Positions 18,626-28,618 of a stretch of 64,000 nt of DNA are shown one piece after another. The DNA is from Candidatus Heimdallarchaeota archaeon. Its GTDB lineage: Archaea; Asgardarchaeota; Heimdallarchaeia; Heimdallarchaeales; Heimdallarchaeaceae. Positions within the stretch are counted from its first letter, which is position 1. Each line of letters opens with the position of its first letter. The position numbers were made by a program, and so were the translations under genes. The notes beneath the pieces are model-generated. The model did no database searches. It was not told the DNA's origin and saw only the letters and a program-made list of their open reading frames with translations. The stretch is taken from the NCBI GenBank assembly GCA_030603365.1, contig JAUVXV010000002.1, forward strand, positions 256,001-320,000. Direction: 5' to 3'.

Positions 18626-19966
18626 CTAGTATTTCTTATCAGTTTGATATCTTGCTACTTTGAAGAGTTTTGATAGAAGCCATTCGAATGAGCCTTTGAA
18701 ATCAACCAAATTCCATAGAAATGCGATTAAGAACCAGAAAAGTACGAGGAACAAACCATACAATAAACAAGTCCAGATATAATCATTCCATCCGGGAATA
18801 GTTGCATTTAGAATCAGAGCAAAGAGTTCTGATATAGGTCTTTCTAGCAAGAAAAATGTTAGTGAGTTAGTACTAAATCTGAGAAATATTGTTGAAAACT
18901 TTTTCTTTTTTCTTTGTGATGGATTTTCCTTGTCTCCCCTTTTATTAAAGAAAAGTAAGAGCAGAAGAGTACCTACAACAATAAAGAATCCAATTTCAAA
19001 CATTACAATGATATAATCAAAGAAAATGTCATCAAGTAATCCTATAGATTCATAAAATGAGTCAGGTATGAGAAAAGCAATTACAGCACCAATGAGTAGT
19101 CCAAATCCTATCCACACTCGGTTTCGTATCTTCTTCTTAGTAGGTTGATTAGCTAGGAGTAATCCAAAATATGTGCCTATTAGTCCAAATCCAAGATACG
19201 GCAATAATGGAAAATAACTCCCTGCTATAATATCTATAAGAAAAGCTAAGAAATAGTTTCCACCTTCAATTGCATTGGTAAAATCATCATAGAGATAAAT
19301 TCTTAGAAATGAAATCAAAACTATCACTATTCCAATAACTAACACAGTGATTCTTTTCTTCTTTTGATGGATTTTTTGTTCATTTCTGAAAAATATTGTA
19401 AAAAATAATCCTATCAGAATCAGGTTCCATCCAAGCATTGCGAAAACTGAGCCCGATAGTATTTTCTCAGGAGCAACAGAATAGTATTGTCCTGTTCGCA
19501 TAACTCCTGCCAAGAATGAATGATTTATTTGTCCAGTTTCTATATCAAGTTGAAATGGACTAAGTAGATAGTTGTAAAAGAAATTTAAAATTAAGAAAAA
19601 GACACCAAGAAAAGTCCATCTTCTTCCGAATGCTCTCCAAGAAGGTCTTTTTACTTTATCTCTGAAATTACTCTCTAAACGTTTGAAACCCGAATAAGTA
19701 CTTACTACAGCTGATATTACTGCAAATAAGCCAGCCCAATTTAGGACCACATAAATTATCATGAAGAAGGGGTTAAGATTGTCTAAATCTAGTGATTGGA
19801 TTAAACCATAATTGTAAACGACACCATGGATGAAAACAATCAGTATAATACCTACTGCCCTAATGTAATCAAAGAAGAACCATCGTTGCGGTTTACTTGA
19901 TTCAGTGGAAGCAGTTTCGAGATCCAGAGATGTTGAATCATCAACATTAATTGTTACATCTGTCAT
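18626..19966 (-). CDS. Polytopic membrane protein, DUF1624/DUF418 (HGSNAT/acyltransferase-like)
   Basis: RWFFFDYIRAVGIILIVFIH N-terminal motif, FPLLPY and GSFEWLL; many TM helices. Confidence 0.65.
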   Translation of the reverse strand: MTDVTINVDDSTSLDLETASTESSKPQRWFFFDYIRAVGIILIVFIHGVVYNYGLIQSLDLDNLNPFFMIIYVVLNWAGLFAVISAVVSTYSGFKRLESNFRDKVKRPSWRAFGRRWTFLGVFFLILNFFYNYLLSPFQLDIETGQINHSFLAGVMRTGQYYSVAPEKILSGSVFAMLGWNLILIGLFFTIFFRNEQKIHQKKKRITVLVIGIVIVLISFLRIYLYDDFTNAIEGGNYFLAFLIDIIAGSYFPLLPYLGFGLIGTYFGLLLANQPTKKKIRNRVWIGFGLLIGAVIAFLIPDSFYESIGLLDDIFFDYIIVMFEIGFFIVVGTLLLLLFFNKRGDKENPSQRKKKKFSTIFLRFSTNSLTFFLLERPISELFALILNATIPGWNDYIWTCLLYGLFLVLFWFLIAFLWNLVDFKGSFEWLLSKLFKVARYQTDKKY

Positions 19967-20002
19967 CTAATCGTAAGCTTCTTTCTCAACTGTTTAAAAA
20001 CC

Positions 20003-21343
20003 TTACTTGAAGGTTCTCTTAATTCTTCGCAATTTAGTATCAAAGTCATGGCTAATTTTCGTATATGTAAAATCTAATTTGGGTATTATGCTATCGTGCC
20101 CTTTGAAAACTGAAGATATATTCTCTTGTATCGATCTTTCTATCGTCTGCACAATCTCTTCTTTCTCAGGGAGCTCTTCTAATTCAGGATTTAATTGAAG
20201 ATTTATGGTTAAACCTGTTGGAGAAGTCTGTATAGCATTGTACTCTTCAATGTAAGCTGATGAACTCACAATAGATCGTCGTACAAAATCTGGTAGAATA
20301 AATTGAAATTCGTCTTTTGATTCACTTCTACCGTAGATCACATCATCAGCTCTTCCGTGGACTTGCTGAATAACACGGAAATTTGATCCACATGGGCATG
20401 GATCAGGAGAAACTGTAATTAAATCATTTAACCGATATCTAATGATAGGAGTTCCATATTTAACGAAATCTGTCACAACAACATATCCAGGTTCACCCGC
20501 TTGTACGGGTTGATTGTCTCTATCTAGAACTTCCACAAAAACTGTGTCTTCATTAATATGCAAATTCCCAGATTTACATGGAAGAGCTATAAAACTTTCT
20601 GATGATTTGTAAGCTTCAACAACAGAACACTCAAAAATATTTTCAATTTCTTCTTTCACATTAAAGTCAAGTACTTCTCCATAAGACACCAATAGTAAAG
20701 GAAATAGTTTTAGTTTACCTCTTTGTTTTTCCTTTGCTAGAACCTGCAATACTGAAGGAGGTCCCGAAATAATGTTAGGATTTAAAGAATGCAAATTTTC
20801 TACAATTGCAGGTATTGTATCTAGGGGATTAACGTATGAAACCTTTATTTTCCTTCCATCACGACTGAATCCAGGAGAAAAAACTCGTAAAATAAAAGCT
20901 ATATGTATTCTTCTAGTTTTGGGGAAAGGAAATCTAAAGAAAACCAACAACTGCATAAGTAAAGCTTCAATTTTAGTAGCAAACTCTATCCCTCTATTTC
21001 CACTAGTACCAGTAGACATCCCAACTAAATACCCTTTGTAATATTGACTGAAGTCTCTAGTTTTTTCTTTTTCTAGACAATGTTCTATACATTCTTCTTT
21101 GGTCAAACCCATTGTATTTAAATCTGTAAAATTATCCATGAATAATTGTTTATTCATGAAAGGTAACCCTCTGTAATTGGTCAAATCATATCCAGTATAA
21201 AATGATGAATAGAATTTAGATTTCCTAACTGAGAATTTAAGCAGTTTCGCTATTTGTTTCTCTTGATGCCTCTGGATGTCTTCAGTGCTCCACTTTAGGA
21301 ACTTCCTCTTGACTCTCCAAAGAAAACTCAAAGGATTGTACAC
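20003..21343 (-). CDS. Phenylacetate-CoA ligase / coenzyme F390 synthetase-like adenylate-forming enzyme
   Basis: STGTSG P-loop, YKSSE, PIIRYRLNDL, PCPCGS, GRADD. Confidence 0.85.
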   Translation of the reverse strand: MYNPLSFLWRVKRKFLKWSTEDIQRHQEKQIAKLLKFSVRKSKFYSSFYTGYDLTNYRGLPFMNKQLFMDNFTDLNTMGLTKEECIEHCLEKEKTRDFSQYYKGYLVGMSTGTSGNRGIEFATKIEALLMQLLVFFRFPFPKTRRIHIAFILRVFSPGFSRDGRKIKVSYVNPLDTIPAIVENLHSLNPNIISGPPSVLQVLAKEKQRGKLKLFPLLLVSYGEVLDFNVKEEIENIFECSVVEAYKSSESFIALPCKSGNLHINEDTVFVEVLDRDNQPVQAGEPGYVVVTDFVKYGTPIIRYRLNDLITVSPDPCPCGSNFRVIQQVHGRADDVIYGRSESKDEFQFILPDFVRRSIVSSSAYIEEYNAIQTSPTGLTINLQLNPELEELPEKEEIVQTIERSIQENISSVFKGHDSIIPKLDFTYTKISHDFDTKLRRIKRTFK

Positions 21344-21455
21344 AGCTAATGATTCATGCTTTGAGTTATATCATTTCCGTTTATGTTATCTTATGTGAAC
21401 AACCTAATTAGGATTTAGAGAAGAAACTAGCAGAATAATCTCTTAATTTGAGCTT

Positions 21456-22610
21456 TTATTCAAAAAACTCTTTAATTTGATGAAGTTCAATATTACAATT
21501 TTCTTTTACTAAATATCTGAGAAATAAGAAATAGTCACTTACAGATCTGAAGAAATTCTCAGTCTCTTCATTCTCACCTGTTATATTTGTATTGTTAATC
21601 ATACTGTATAATCTTATGAGATTAAATGTGCTACTCAATATCATAAAATAAGGTAAACCTTCAACTTTATTTTTGGAGATCTCCTCATAAACACCTACAA
21701 TCTGATTTGCTCTTTTCATTCTGTCTTCTGAAGATTGAGTCTTAGATGTATAACTCTCAGGAGTAGCTGTATAGGCTACATCCATCCTAAAATCACTAAT
21801 TCCTAACGCATTCCAATCTAGAATCTTGAAATCCTTATCGTCTGTAACAAGAATATTAAAAGAATGGTAGTCTCCATGAACAACTACTAGTTTCTCACAA
21901 GGGTAATTAATCTTATTTTTCTCCAACCATTCATGAACTGGAATAAGTTCCTTCAGTTCTTCAGGACAATTTTCAACATATATCTGACATATCTCTAATT
22001 TTCTATCAATTGGTGCAAAAGGATTTTCTTGTATATTAGGCAAAAGGATTTTTGGAAACAATTTGGGATCAAGAGTATGTATTTTGTACAATTCCTGCAT
22101 TAATTTACGAATAAGTTGTTCATATAGTTCTGGATATGCTTCTTTTACATCTACCAATCTAGGACCGTCCACTTTTTCCATAACAAAATAAGATCTATTC
22201 CTAGTGTTCGGAGTGAGTTTTATGAAATAAGGTTGAGGTACATTTATATTATTCTCGAATAGAATTTTGTGATTAGAATACTCAAGTTCAGTATCAGAAT
22301 TATCTACATAATCCGCAAATACTTTCTGTATGAATTTAATAGAAGGATTCTCAAAACATAATTCATAGATATGGTTACTAGTTCCTCCACCTATAATTTG
22401 ATTATAACTAATCAGTTGAGAATTAGCTGTTATTTCGCTGAAGTTAACTAACTCATCCTTTACTTCCAGTGCATCTTTAGTCATATGGATAGAGTCAGAA
22501 TTCATGGTCAATGAAGGGTTATAACATTTAATTAACTTTCTCTCAAAACCGAAGCATCTTCCAAGAAGCGTATTAATTCCAAATATTATTGCTCTGTTTC
22601 TAAGAAGCAA
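21456..22610 (-). CDS. Aminoglycoside phosphotransferase (APH/choline kinase) family protein
   Basis: FVMEKVDG, HGDYHSFNIL Brenner motif, ILDW. Start probably ATG 22505. Confidence 0.85.
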   Translation of the reverse strand: MLLRNRAIIFGINTLLGRCFGFERKLIKCYNPSLTMNSDSIHMTKDALEVKDELVNFSEITANSQLISYNQIIGGGTSNHIYELCFENPSIKFIQKVFADYVDNSDTELEYSNHKILFENNINVPQPYFIKLTPNTRNRSYFVMEKVDGPRLVDVKEAYPELYEQLIRKLMQELYKIHTLDPKLFPKILLPNIQENPFAPIDRKLEICQIYVENCPEELKELIPVHEWLEKNKINYPCEKLVVVHGDYHSFNILVTDDKDFKILDWNALGISDFRMDVAYTATPESYTSKTQSSEDRMKRANQIVGVYEEISKNKVEGLPYFMILSSTFNLIRLYSMINNTNITGENEETENFFRSVSDYFLFLRYLVKENCNIELHQIKEFFE

Positions 22611-22656
22611 GATTTAATTAGAATTAGATAAATAATTTAATTAATAGTAAGATGAA

Positions 22657-23499
22657 GTGATCAAATTGTATATTGATTGTCATGCACACTTATTTTTCAG
22701 TCCAATTCCACCAGAAGCTATTGATGAAGATATCATAGGTGAAATACCTACTCCTACTAGAAAATTCATTGATAAAATGATCTTTAACGCAAAAGAAAAA
22801 GGTGTAAGCCATATTGTTGGAGTTATAAGCAATCCAAAAGATTTTCACAGTTATCAAAAACAATTGGAGCTTGAAGATATTATACACATAATTGGTATTT
22901 CACGAAATAACGCATCTGAAGACAATTCAAATGTGATTTCACTATTACAGAAAGAGATTGAAATAAAAATACCTCACGGAATAGGCGAGATTGGATTAGA
23001 TTATTCATACAGTTTTAAAAATTTGAATGATTTTGAGAAAAACACTCTCAAGAGAAAACAGCAAGAATTATTTCGAAAACAGATACAAATAGCGAAAGAT
23101 ATTGATGTACCAATTGTTGTTCATGCTGGGTATGGAGATGATAAAGACATTGTAGAAATTATAAAACAAGAAAAAGCTCAAGACATAGGTGGTCAAATCC
23201 ATGGGTATATGTCTAAAACGGAGGCAGTATCTGAACTACTTGATTTAGGCTTCTACTTTTCATTTGGATATTTACATATAATAGAAGAAGAATTTAAGAA
23301 GATTATTGAAATCACACCATTGGAACAAATACTTACTGAAACAGATTCACCCTATCATTTAATGGAATCTCCTAAGAAATTCATTCTTCCTAAAAATGTG
23401 GTTTTAGTGACTGATGAGGTTGCTATTATAAAGGAAGTTAAGACAGAAGTTTTTGCTAATCAGGTAATGAGAAACGCTAGAGGACTTTTTAGGTTCTAG
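22657..23499 (+). CDS. tatD: TatD family metal-dependent hydrolase/DNase
   Basis: IDCHAHL, GIGEIGLDY, PIVVHA, LTETDSPY. Confidence 0.9.
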   Translation: MIKLYIDCHAHLFFSPIPPEAIDEDIIGEIPTPTRKFIDKMIFNAKEKGVSHIVGVISNPKDFHSYQKQLELEDIIHIIGISRNNASEDNSNVISLLQKEIEIKIPHGIGEIGLDYSYSFKNLNDFEKNTLKRKQQELFRKQIQIAKDIDVPIVVHAGYGDDKDIVEIIKQEKAQDIGGQIHGYMSKTEAVSELLDLGFYFSFGYLHIIEEEFKKIIEITPLEQILTETDSPYHLMESPKKFILPKNVVLVTDEVAIIKEVKTEVFANQVMRNARGLFRF

Positions 23500-23581
23500 A
23501 TCCAACATTTATGATTAAAAATTACTAGCTTTGAATTTCTTTCTCTCTGTTAACTTTTGAACTCTTTATTGCACCCTTCCA

Positions 23582-23633
23582 AGAAGGGTATTATTTCCAT
23601 ATTCATGAAATTAACTTCCCTAACGAGAAGAAT
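23582..23633. repeat. 52-bp degenerate direct repeat, copy 1 (copy 2 at 27383-27434)
   Basis: Ungapped 41/52 identity by hand count; core AATTAACTTCCCTAACNAGAAG. Confidence 0.7.
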
Positions 23634-23791
23634 AATATCCAAATTAGCTAAAAGTCTTTTTAGTTTTTTGGGATTTAGTCATTTTCCTGATAATTTATTT
23701 GTTTCATTTTTGTCCCGATTTATTCCCAAATGATTGTTCATATACATAGGAGTGATTATGTTATTGACGACAAATCAAAAGGAAAAGGCTT

Positions 23792-24826
23792 TTGAATATC
23801 AAAGTGAGAAAAATGCTATTGAAATACAATACTCAATATTCAAGTTTAGTTTTAATTGTACTTTCAATTCTATTTTTTAGTAGTTTTACAAATCAAATCA
23901 GTAGTTATAATGATCCATGTCAAAAACACAATAACCTCAATTCTATTGATACCTGTATAGTTAAATCACATCTTACACAAATCAATATCATAAGTGTTGA
24001 GGAGATTGAAGTTAGAGAAATATTAGAAATGGAAAACTCAGGTATAGCACCTCTTTCTTCCATTCATCTGTGGATAAATCATTCACTTAATTCCTTAGAG
24101 ATAGAGGATGCTTCTGGAGTACTATCTATTGATATTGTAATGGAAATTGAGAACTACTGTTTCTTGAAAATTTATCTTAGCAAAGAAGTTCAGTATCAAG
24201 AATTTGTAAAACTATATATTACATATAATCTGGATGAATTTCCTTTTGCTGAAGAATCGAATTCATATTATTTTGAATTTTATTCAACAATCACATATTT
24301 TACAGCGTTTCATTATTTCTCAATTAGACTTCCAGATGAATGTTATATCAGAGAGGAAGGCGATTTAACTTCTATTTTTCCAAGAAATGAATCGAAAAGT
24401 TTTATCGGAAAAAGACTCATAGTTTCATGGGTACTAATAGAACTTTCACCAACCTCAAACCCATTTTATTTCATAAGATTCGAAACACCAAGAAATCTTA
24501 CTTGGTTATATGTAATTGGACCTTTACTTGGTTTGATAGCTGGTATTGTGGGGACATTATGGTTCATGAGAGGAAGAGAAAAAACATCAATAAAAAGTAT
24601 GGGAACAGTTTTCCTAAATGAATCTCAAAAAATATTGCTAAAGATAACCTTTGAGAATGGTGGGAAAATTGCACAAAAAGACTTGTGTAAAAAATCAGGT
24701 TTTACAAGATCAAAGACTTCTAGAAACCTGATCGCATTAGATGAACAGGGTTTTGTTATTAAGGAGAAGTGGGGAAGAAATTCACTTATTAAATTAACAA
24801 AGGTAGGAGAAAAGGTGATAGAATGA
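23792..24826 (+). CDS. Membrane-anchored transcriptional regulator: extracellular domain, one TM helix, C-terminal winged HTH (COG2512-like)
   Basis: Hydrophobic N-terminus, beta-rich ectodomain, TM WLYVIGPLLGLIAGIVGTLWF, then ENGGKIAQKDLCKKSGFTRSKTSRNLIALDEQGFVIKEKWGRNSLIKLT. Confidence 0.8.
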   Translation: MNIKVRKMLLKYNTQYSSLVLIVLSILFFSSFTNQISSYNDPCQKHNNLNSIDTCIVKSHLTQINIISVEEIEVREILEMENSGIAPLSSIHLWINHSLNSLEIEDASGVLSIDIVMEIENYCFLKIYLSKEVQYQEFVKLYITYNLDEFPFAEESNSYYFEFYSTITYFTAFHYFSIRLPDECYIREEGDLTSIFPRNESKSFIGKRLIVSWVLIELSPTSNPFYFIRFETPRNLTWLYVIGPLLGLIAGIVGTLWFMRGREKTSIKSMGTVFLNESQKILLKITFENGGKIAQKDLCKKSGFTRSKTSRNLIALDEQGFVIKEKWGRNSLIKLTKVGEKVIE

Positions 24827-24916
24827 AAGCTACCGGATTTGTCTCAAAACACTCCCAAAATGAACCCATCCAATATCTCAATAGTATAGAACACATAATA
24901 ATAGTCAGGTGAAAAA

Positions 24917-27307
24917 ATGAAACTTACATGGAAAATTCTAACAGGCATCTTGGTTGGAGCGATAATATTCACAGCAATTTTTGTACCATTGAATTATCTA
25001 GTTTGGGATAAACCTGAGAGTAATGGTTTTATTGATCATGATCCTATACTTATTTGGAGTGATGACGATTTTATAGAGTATTTCTTACCAGGCAATGGTT
25101 CAAAGGTAAATCCCTATAGAATAGAGTACTTGAATATAACAACCTCGGGGGTGTATTCAATTTATATCTCAAGTACAACAAAACATTTTACTATTGCAAA
25201 TTGCTTTCTAGTCAATAGCAATGAAAACGGTGTCAGCATCAGTATAGACAATATTGAAGAAGGAACCGCATTAATATTTAACAATACTATTAGTGCAAGA
25301 AATATTGGTCTGAATTTTCATTTTTCGGACAATAATCTAGTAACAAGCAATACATTTTCAAATTGCTTTTTGACCATGAACATATACGGATCAGATGGTA
25401 ACAGAATTTTTGAGAATATATTCCTTCAACCTATTACAGATGAATTACTCACATGGTCATGTAGAGTTTGGTTTAGTTCTCATACTAACTTCTCAAAGAA
25501 TACAATTATTCATAGTGATGATCTGTTTTTCTTGAGCTTCTCTGGAGCTCCTGAATCAGTGGTTGATAGCAATGTTCTGAACAATGTTTTTCTTATGCTG
25601 GATCATAGTGATAATTCAACAGTATCTAACAATGTAGGATATGAATGTAGACTGGATATTTATTCTTCTTTTAATTGCTTAATTGATGCGAATGAAGTCA
25701 GTACTTTATATTTATATGCTAGTTATAATTCAATAATTTCAAATAACTATTTGAACGAACTAGGCATAAGTTTCTTTACAATTGAATCCTATTATGACTA
25801 TACTTTTGAGAACAATTGGATCAACAATAAACAATTAGCTTTCTTCATTTATGACAATGATTCTTTTTTCAATGAAACTCTTGATAATTATGGACAGATT
25901 TACTTCTTAGCGTGTAATAATGTCACCATTAGTGCACCTAGTATTGACAATGAAATTCTACTACTTAATTTCATTCAATGTGAAAACATCACCATTGTTG
26001 AAAATAATCTGAAGCTTCATGTAACTCTTACGCATACAGAAAATGTTTTGATGCAACAGAATAGTAATTTAATGATTTTTGCTTACTATTCAGAAAATAT
26101 CACTATAATTGAAAATATGTCTTTTGATACATACTTTGGTTTCACTGAAGTTGATTATGTAACAATTGAAAATAACTTTCTATCTAATAGTTCTTTGAAT
26201 GTTAAGTATAGTAGATATTGTGAAATACTCAACAACACAATCACGGGAAAGGATGTATATTGTTATGATAATGATTATTTTCTAATCGAAAATAACAGTA
26301 TAGCTGATACAGAAAAAGGTATGGAGATTGAAGCTATAAGATACTCAAATATTACTAACAATGATTTAGACAACATCTTTGGTGAAGGAGTATTGTTAGG
26401 TCAATTTTATACCTTTTCATTTAGTAATAATACTCTAACTAATTGCCAACAGGGAGTTTTCTTACGAAGTAGTCACTCACTTTCAGCTTATGAAAATCTA
26501 GTTTTCGAGAACAATCATGTTAACGGAAAACCTATTGGATATTTCATGAATCTAAATGATACAACTTTTAATTCAAAGATTTACGCACAACTCATTTTTG
26601 TTAATTGCACTAATTTAACAATCGAAGATATAATACTCACAAATAGTTCAATATGTTTACAGATTGTGCATGGATATAACATCATTGTTAATAATGTCAC
26701 ATGTAGTAATTCTCTCTATGGAATTTATGCAGTTTATACCGATTATTTACAAATAATAAACTGTGAAAGTAACAATGTAATAATGTATGGTTTATTTGTT
26801 CTCCATTGTGACTTTAGCAATATAGTCGATACCATTCTCTATGATAATCAAGGTGGGGGGTTATATCTTCAGCAATCCGATTTCTCCAATGTGGAAAATA
26901 ATATTCTAACAGAGAATCCTAAAGGTCTAGTTATTTATGCTTCATTTAACTGTACAATTGACCTAAATCAGATTAGTAGTGGTTCTCAAGGAATAGGTCT
27001 CATTGCTAGTGACTTTTGTAACGTAAGCTATAATCTTGTAACGGATTGTGAACTTTGGGGGATCTATGTACATAGCAGTTCAGAATACAATAGAATTCAT
27101 CATAATTCTCTAATAAACAACAACTGGGGAAATATTCTGCCTGAATATACTTCTCAAGGATATGATGACGGAGAGTACAATTTATGGTTTGAAGAAACAA
27201 CTTTAGAGGGGAATTATTGGAATACCTGGTCAGGCTCTGGGGAATACGAGATTGATGGATTGGCGGATAACTCGGATCCTTATCCTTTAAGTTCAAATCC
27301 CCTTTAA
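24917..27307 (+). CDS. Right-handed parallel beta-helix (NosD/CASH-like) surface protein
   Basis: N-anchor, PILIWSDDDF..LPGNGSKVNPYRIE cap, many IxNN repeats, two ENNxxNxK insert domains, C-terminal GNYW...IDG...DPYPL. Confidence 0.85.
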   Translation: MKLTWKILTGILVGAIIFTAIFVPLNYLVWDKPESNGFIDHDPILIWSDDDFIEYFLPGNGSKVNPYRIEYLNITTSGVYSIYISSTTKHFTIANCFLVNSNENGVSISIDNIEEGTALIFNNTISARNIGLNFHFSDNNLVTSNTFSNCFLTMNIYGSDGNRIFENIFLQPITDELLTWSCRVWFSSHTNFSKNTIIHSDDLFFLSFSGAPESVVDSNVLNNVFLMLDHSDNSTVSNNVGYECRLDIYSSFNCLIDANEVSTLYLYASYNSIISNNYLNELGISFFTIESYYDYTFENNWINNKQLAFFIYDNDSFFNETLDNYGQIYFLACNNVTISAPSIDNEILLLNFIQCENITIVENNLKLHVTLTHTENVLMQQNSNLMIFAYYSENITIIENMSFDTYFGFTEVDYVTIENNFLSNSSLNVKYSRYCEILNNTITGKDVYCYDNDYFLIENNSIADTEKGMEIEAIRYSNITNNDLDNIFGEGVLLGQFYTFSFSNNTLTNCQQGVFLRSSHSLSAYENLVFENNHVNGKPIGYFMNLNDTTFNSKIYAQLIFVNCTNLTIEDIILTNSSICLQIVHGYNIIVNNVTCSNSLYGIYAVYTDYLQIINCESNNVIMYGLFVLHCDFSNIVDTILYDNQGGGLYLQQSDFSNVENNILTENPKGLVIYASFNCTIDLNQISSGSQGIGLIASDFCNVSYNLVTDCELWGIYVHSSSEYNRIHHNSLINNNWGNILPEYTSQGYDDGEYNLWFEETTLEGNYWNTWSGSGEYEIDGLADNSDPYPLSSNPL

Positions 27308-27382
27308 TCCTTCCTTTTTTTGTAATAAGTTAGTAAGATCTAGTTGTGATATTCTCACCGATTAAAATGGAGGGAGCTTATT

Positions 27383-27434
27383 AGAAGAGTATTAATTCTA
27401 CAAATCTGTAATTAACTTCCCTAACAAGAAGGAT
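27383..27434. repeat. 52-bp degenerate direct repeat, copy 2
   Basis: See 23582-23633. Confidence 0.7.
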
Positions 27435-27580
27435 GTTCATACAAGATGTCCGGAAGTATTAGTAATGTAGGGTGTTCTAATAAGATAGGCTATTCATTTT
27501 AACACAAAAGTTTCGTATTTAACCCGCAAAGTTTATTAAGGTCAATAAATATCAATATAATGATATATTGAAATATAGAT

Positions 27581-28618
27581 ATGATTACTATGGGAAAACT
27601 ATTCACTGCTCTGATAATAATATCAGCTCTTGTATTTAGTGGAGCAGTAGGCTTTTGTATATATTTTATTTCTGTTATGATGTATCCTTGTCCTTCTTGT
27701 ATAACGGTTGATAACGTAATTACAATTACTAAAGACAGGCATTTCAACAATTATGCTCTTCCTGGAAGTGGAACGCAAGAGGACCCTTTTTTAATTGCTA
27801 ATCGTACTCTTGGAACCCAAATTGGCATGGTAAAGAAGATGTACAAGGCTATAGAGATAAGAGGTACAACTAAGTTCTTTGTAATTAGGAACTGCACGGT
27901 TTATGGAGGAGACCCTGGAATCTATATTTCTTCAATAGCTGATAATACTTGCATTATCGAAAATTGTTCAATCATTGCAATCATACAAACATCATGGGAT
28001 CATCTTGTGCCTAGAGGGGGGATAAAGATTGAAAATTCCAATGGTATAATTTTACGAAACAATACACATATAGAAAATAATGAATATATGGATGTGCCAG
28101 AGTTGAGACACAAAGACTATGGTTTTATCCTAGAAAACTCAGAAAACTGTCTTTTGGAAAATAACCAAATATTCTGTGAGTTATTATTGATGAATTGTCA
28201 GAACACAATATTCCGAAAGAACAATCAAGTTAATGGATCTTTAGATATTTATCTTTCTTTGAACATAAGAATCTATAACAATACAATGACCAGTCTGGAA
28301 TATGAAGCACCAATAAGAATATTGAATAGTTCCATCATAAGAGTATACGAAAATAATTTGAACAGATCGTACTATTCGAACTATGCGGTTGTAATAAAAC
28401 ATTCGCAAGTAGTCTATATAGATAACAATACAATTTCGGTTTATAGTATAATTCTCTATGCAGAGTTTACGGACACATTATATATAATCAACAATACGAT
28501 TTTTAGAGGAAGTAATGTTTCCATACAATTTGAACTGATAAAATGTACGAATGTGGTTAATCTGGATAATACAATTAACGAACCTCTAATCTGCGATGTG
28601 AAAGAGAGATATTCATGA
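27581..28618 (+). CDS. Right-handed beta-helix protein
   Basis: N-anchor, LPGSGTQEDPFLI cap, IENN repeats. Closest to 39828..40745. Confidence 0.8.
   Translation: MITMGKLFTALIIISALVFSGAVGFCIYFISVMMYPCPSCITVDNVITITKDRHFNNYALPGSGTQEDPFLIANRTLGTQIGMVKKMYKAIEIRGTTKFFVIRNCTVYGGDPGIYISSIADNTCIIENCSIIAIIQTSWDHLVPRGGIKIENSNGIILRNNTHIENNEYMDVPELRHKDYGFILENSENCLLENNQIFCELLLMNCQNTIFRKNNQVNGSLDIYLSLNIRIYNNTMTSLEYEAPIRILNSSIIRVYENNLNRSYYSNYAVVIKHSQVVYIDNNTISVYSIILYAEFTDTLYIINNTIFRGSNVSIQFELIKCTNVVNLDNTINEPLICDVKERYS

Noticed and set aside
23626-23640. 15-nt antisense match (GGATATTATTCTTCT) to the beta-helix gene near 40434-40448
   Set aside because: Short and AT-rich, so plausible by chance in 64 kb; the second repeat copy does not preserve it.
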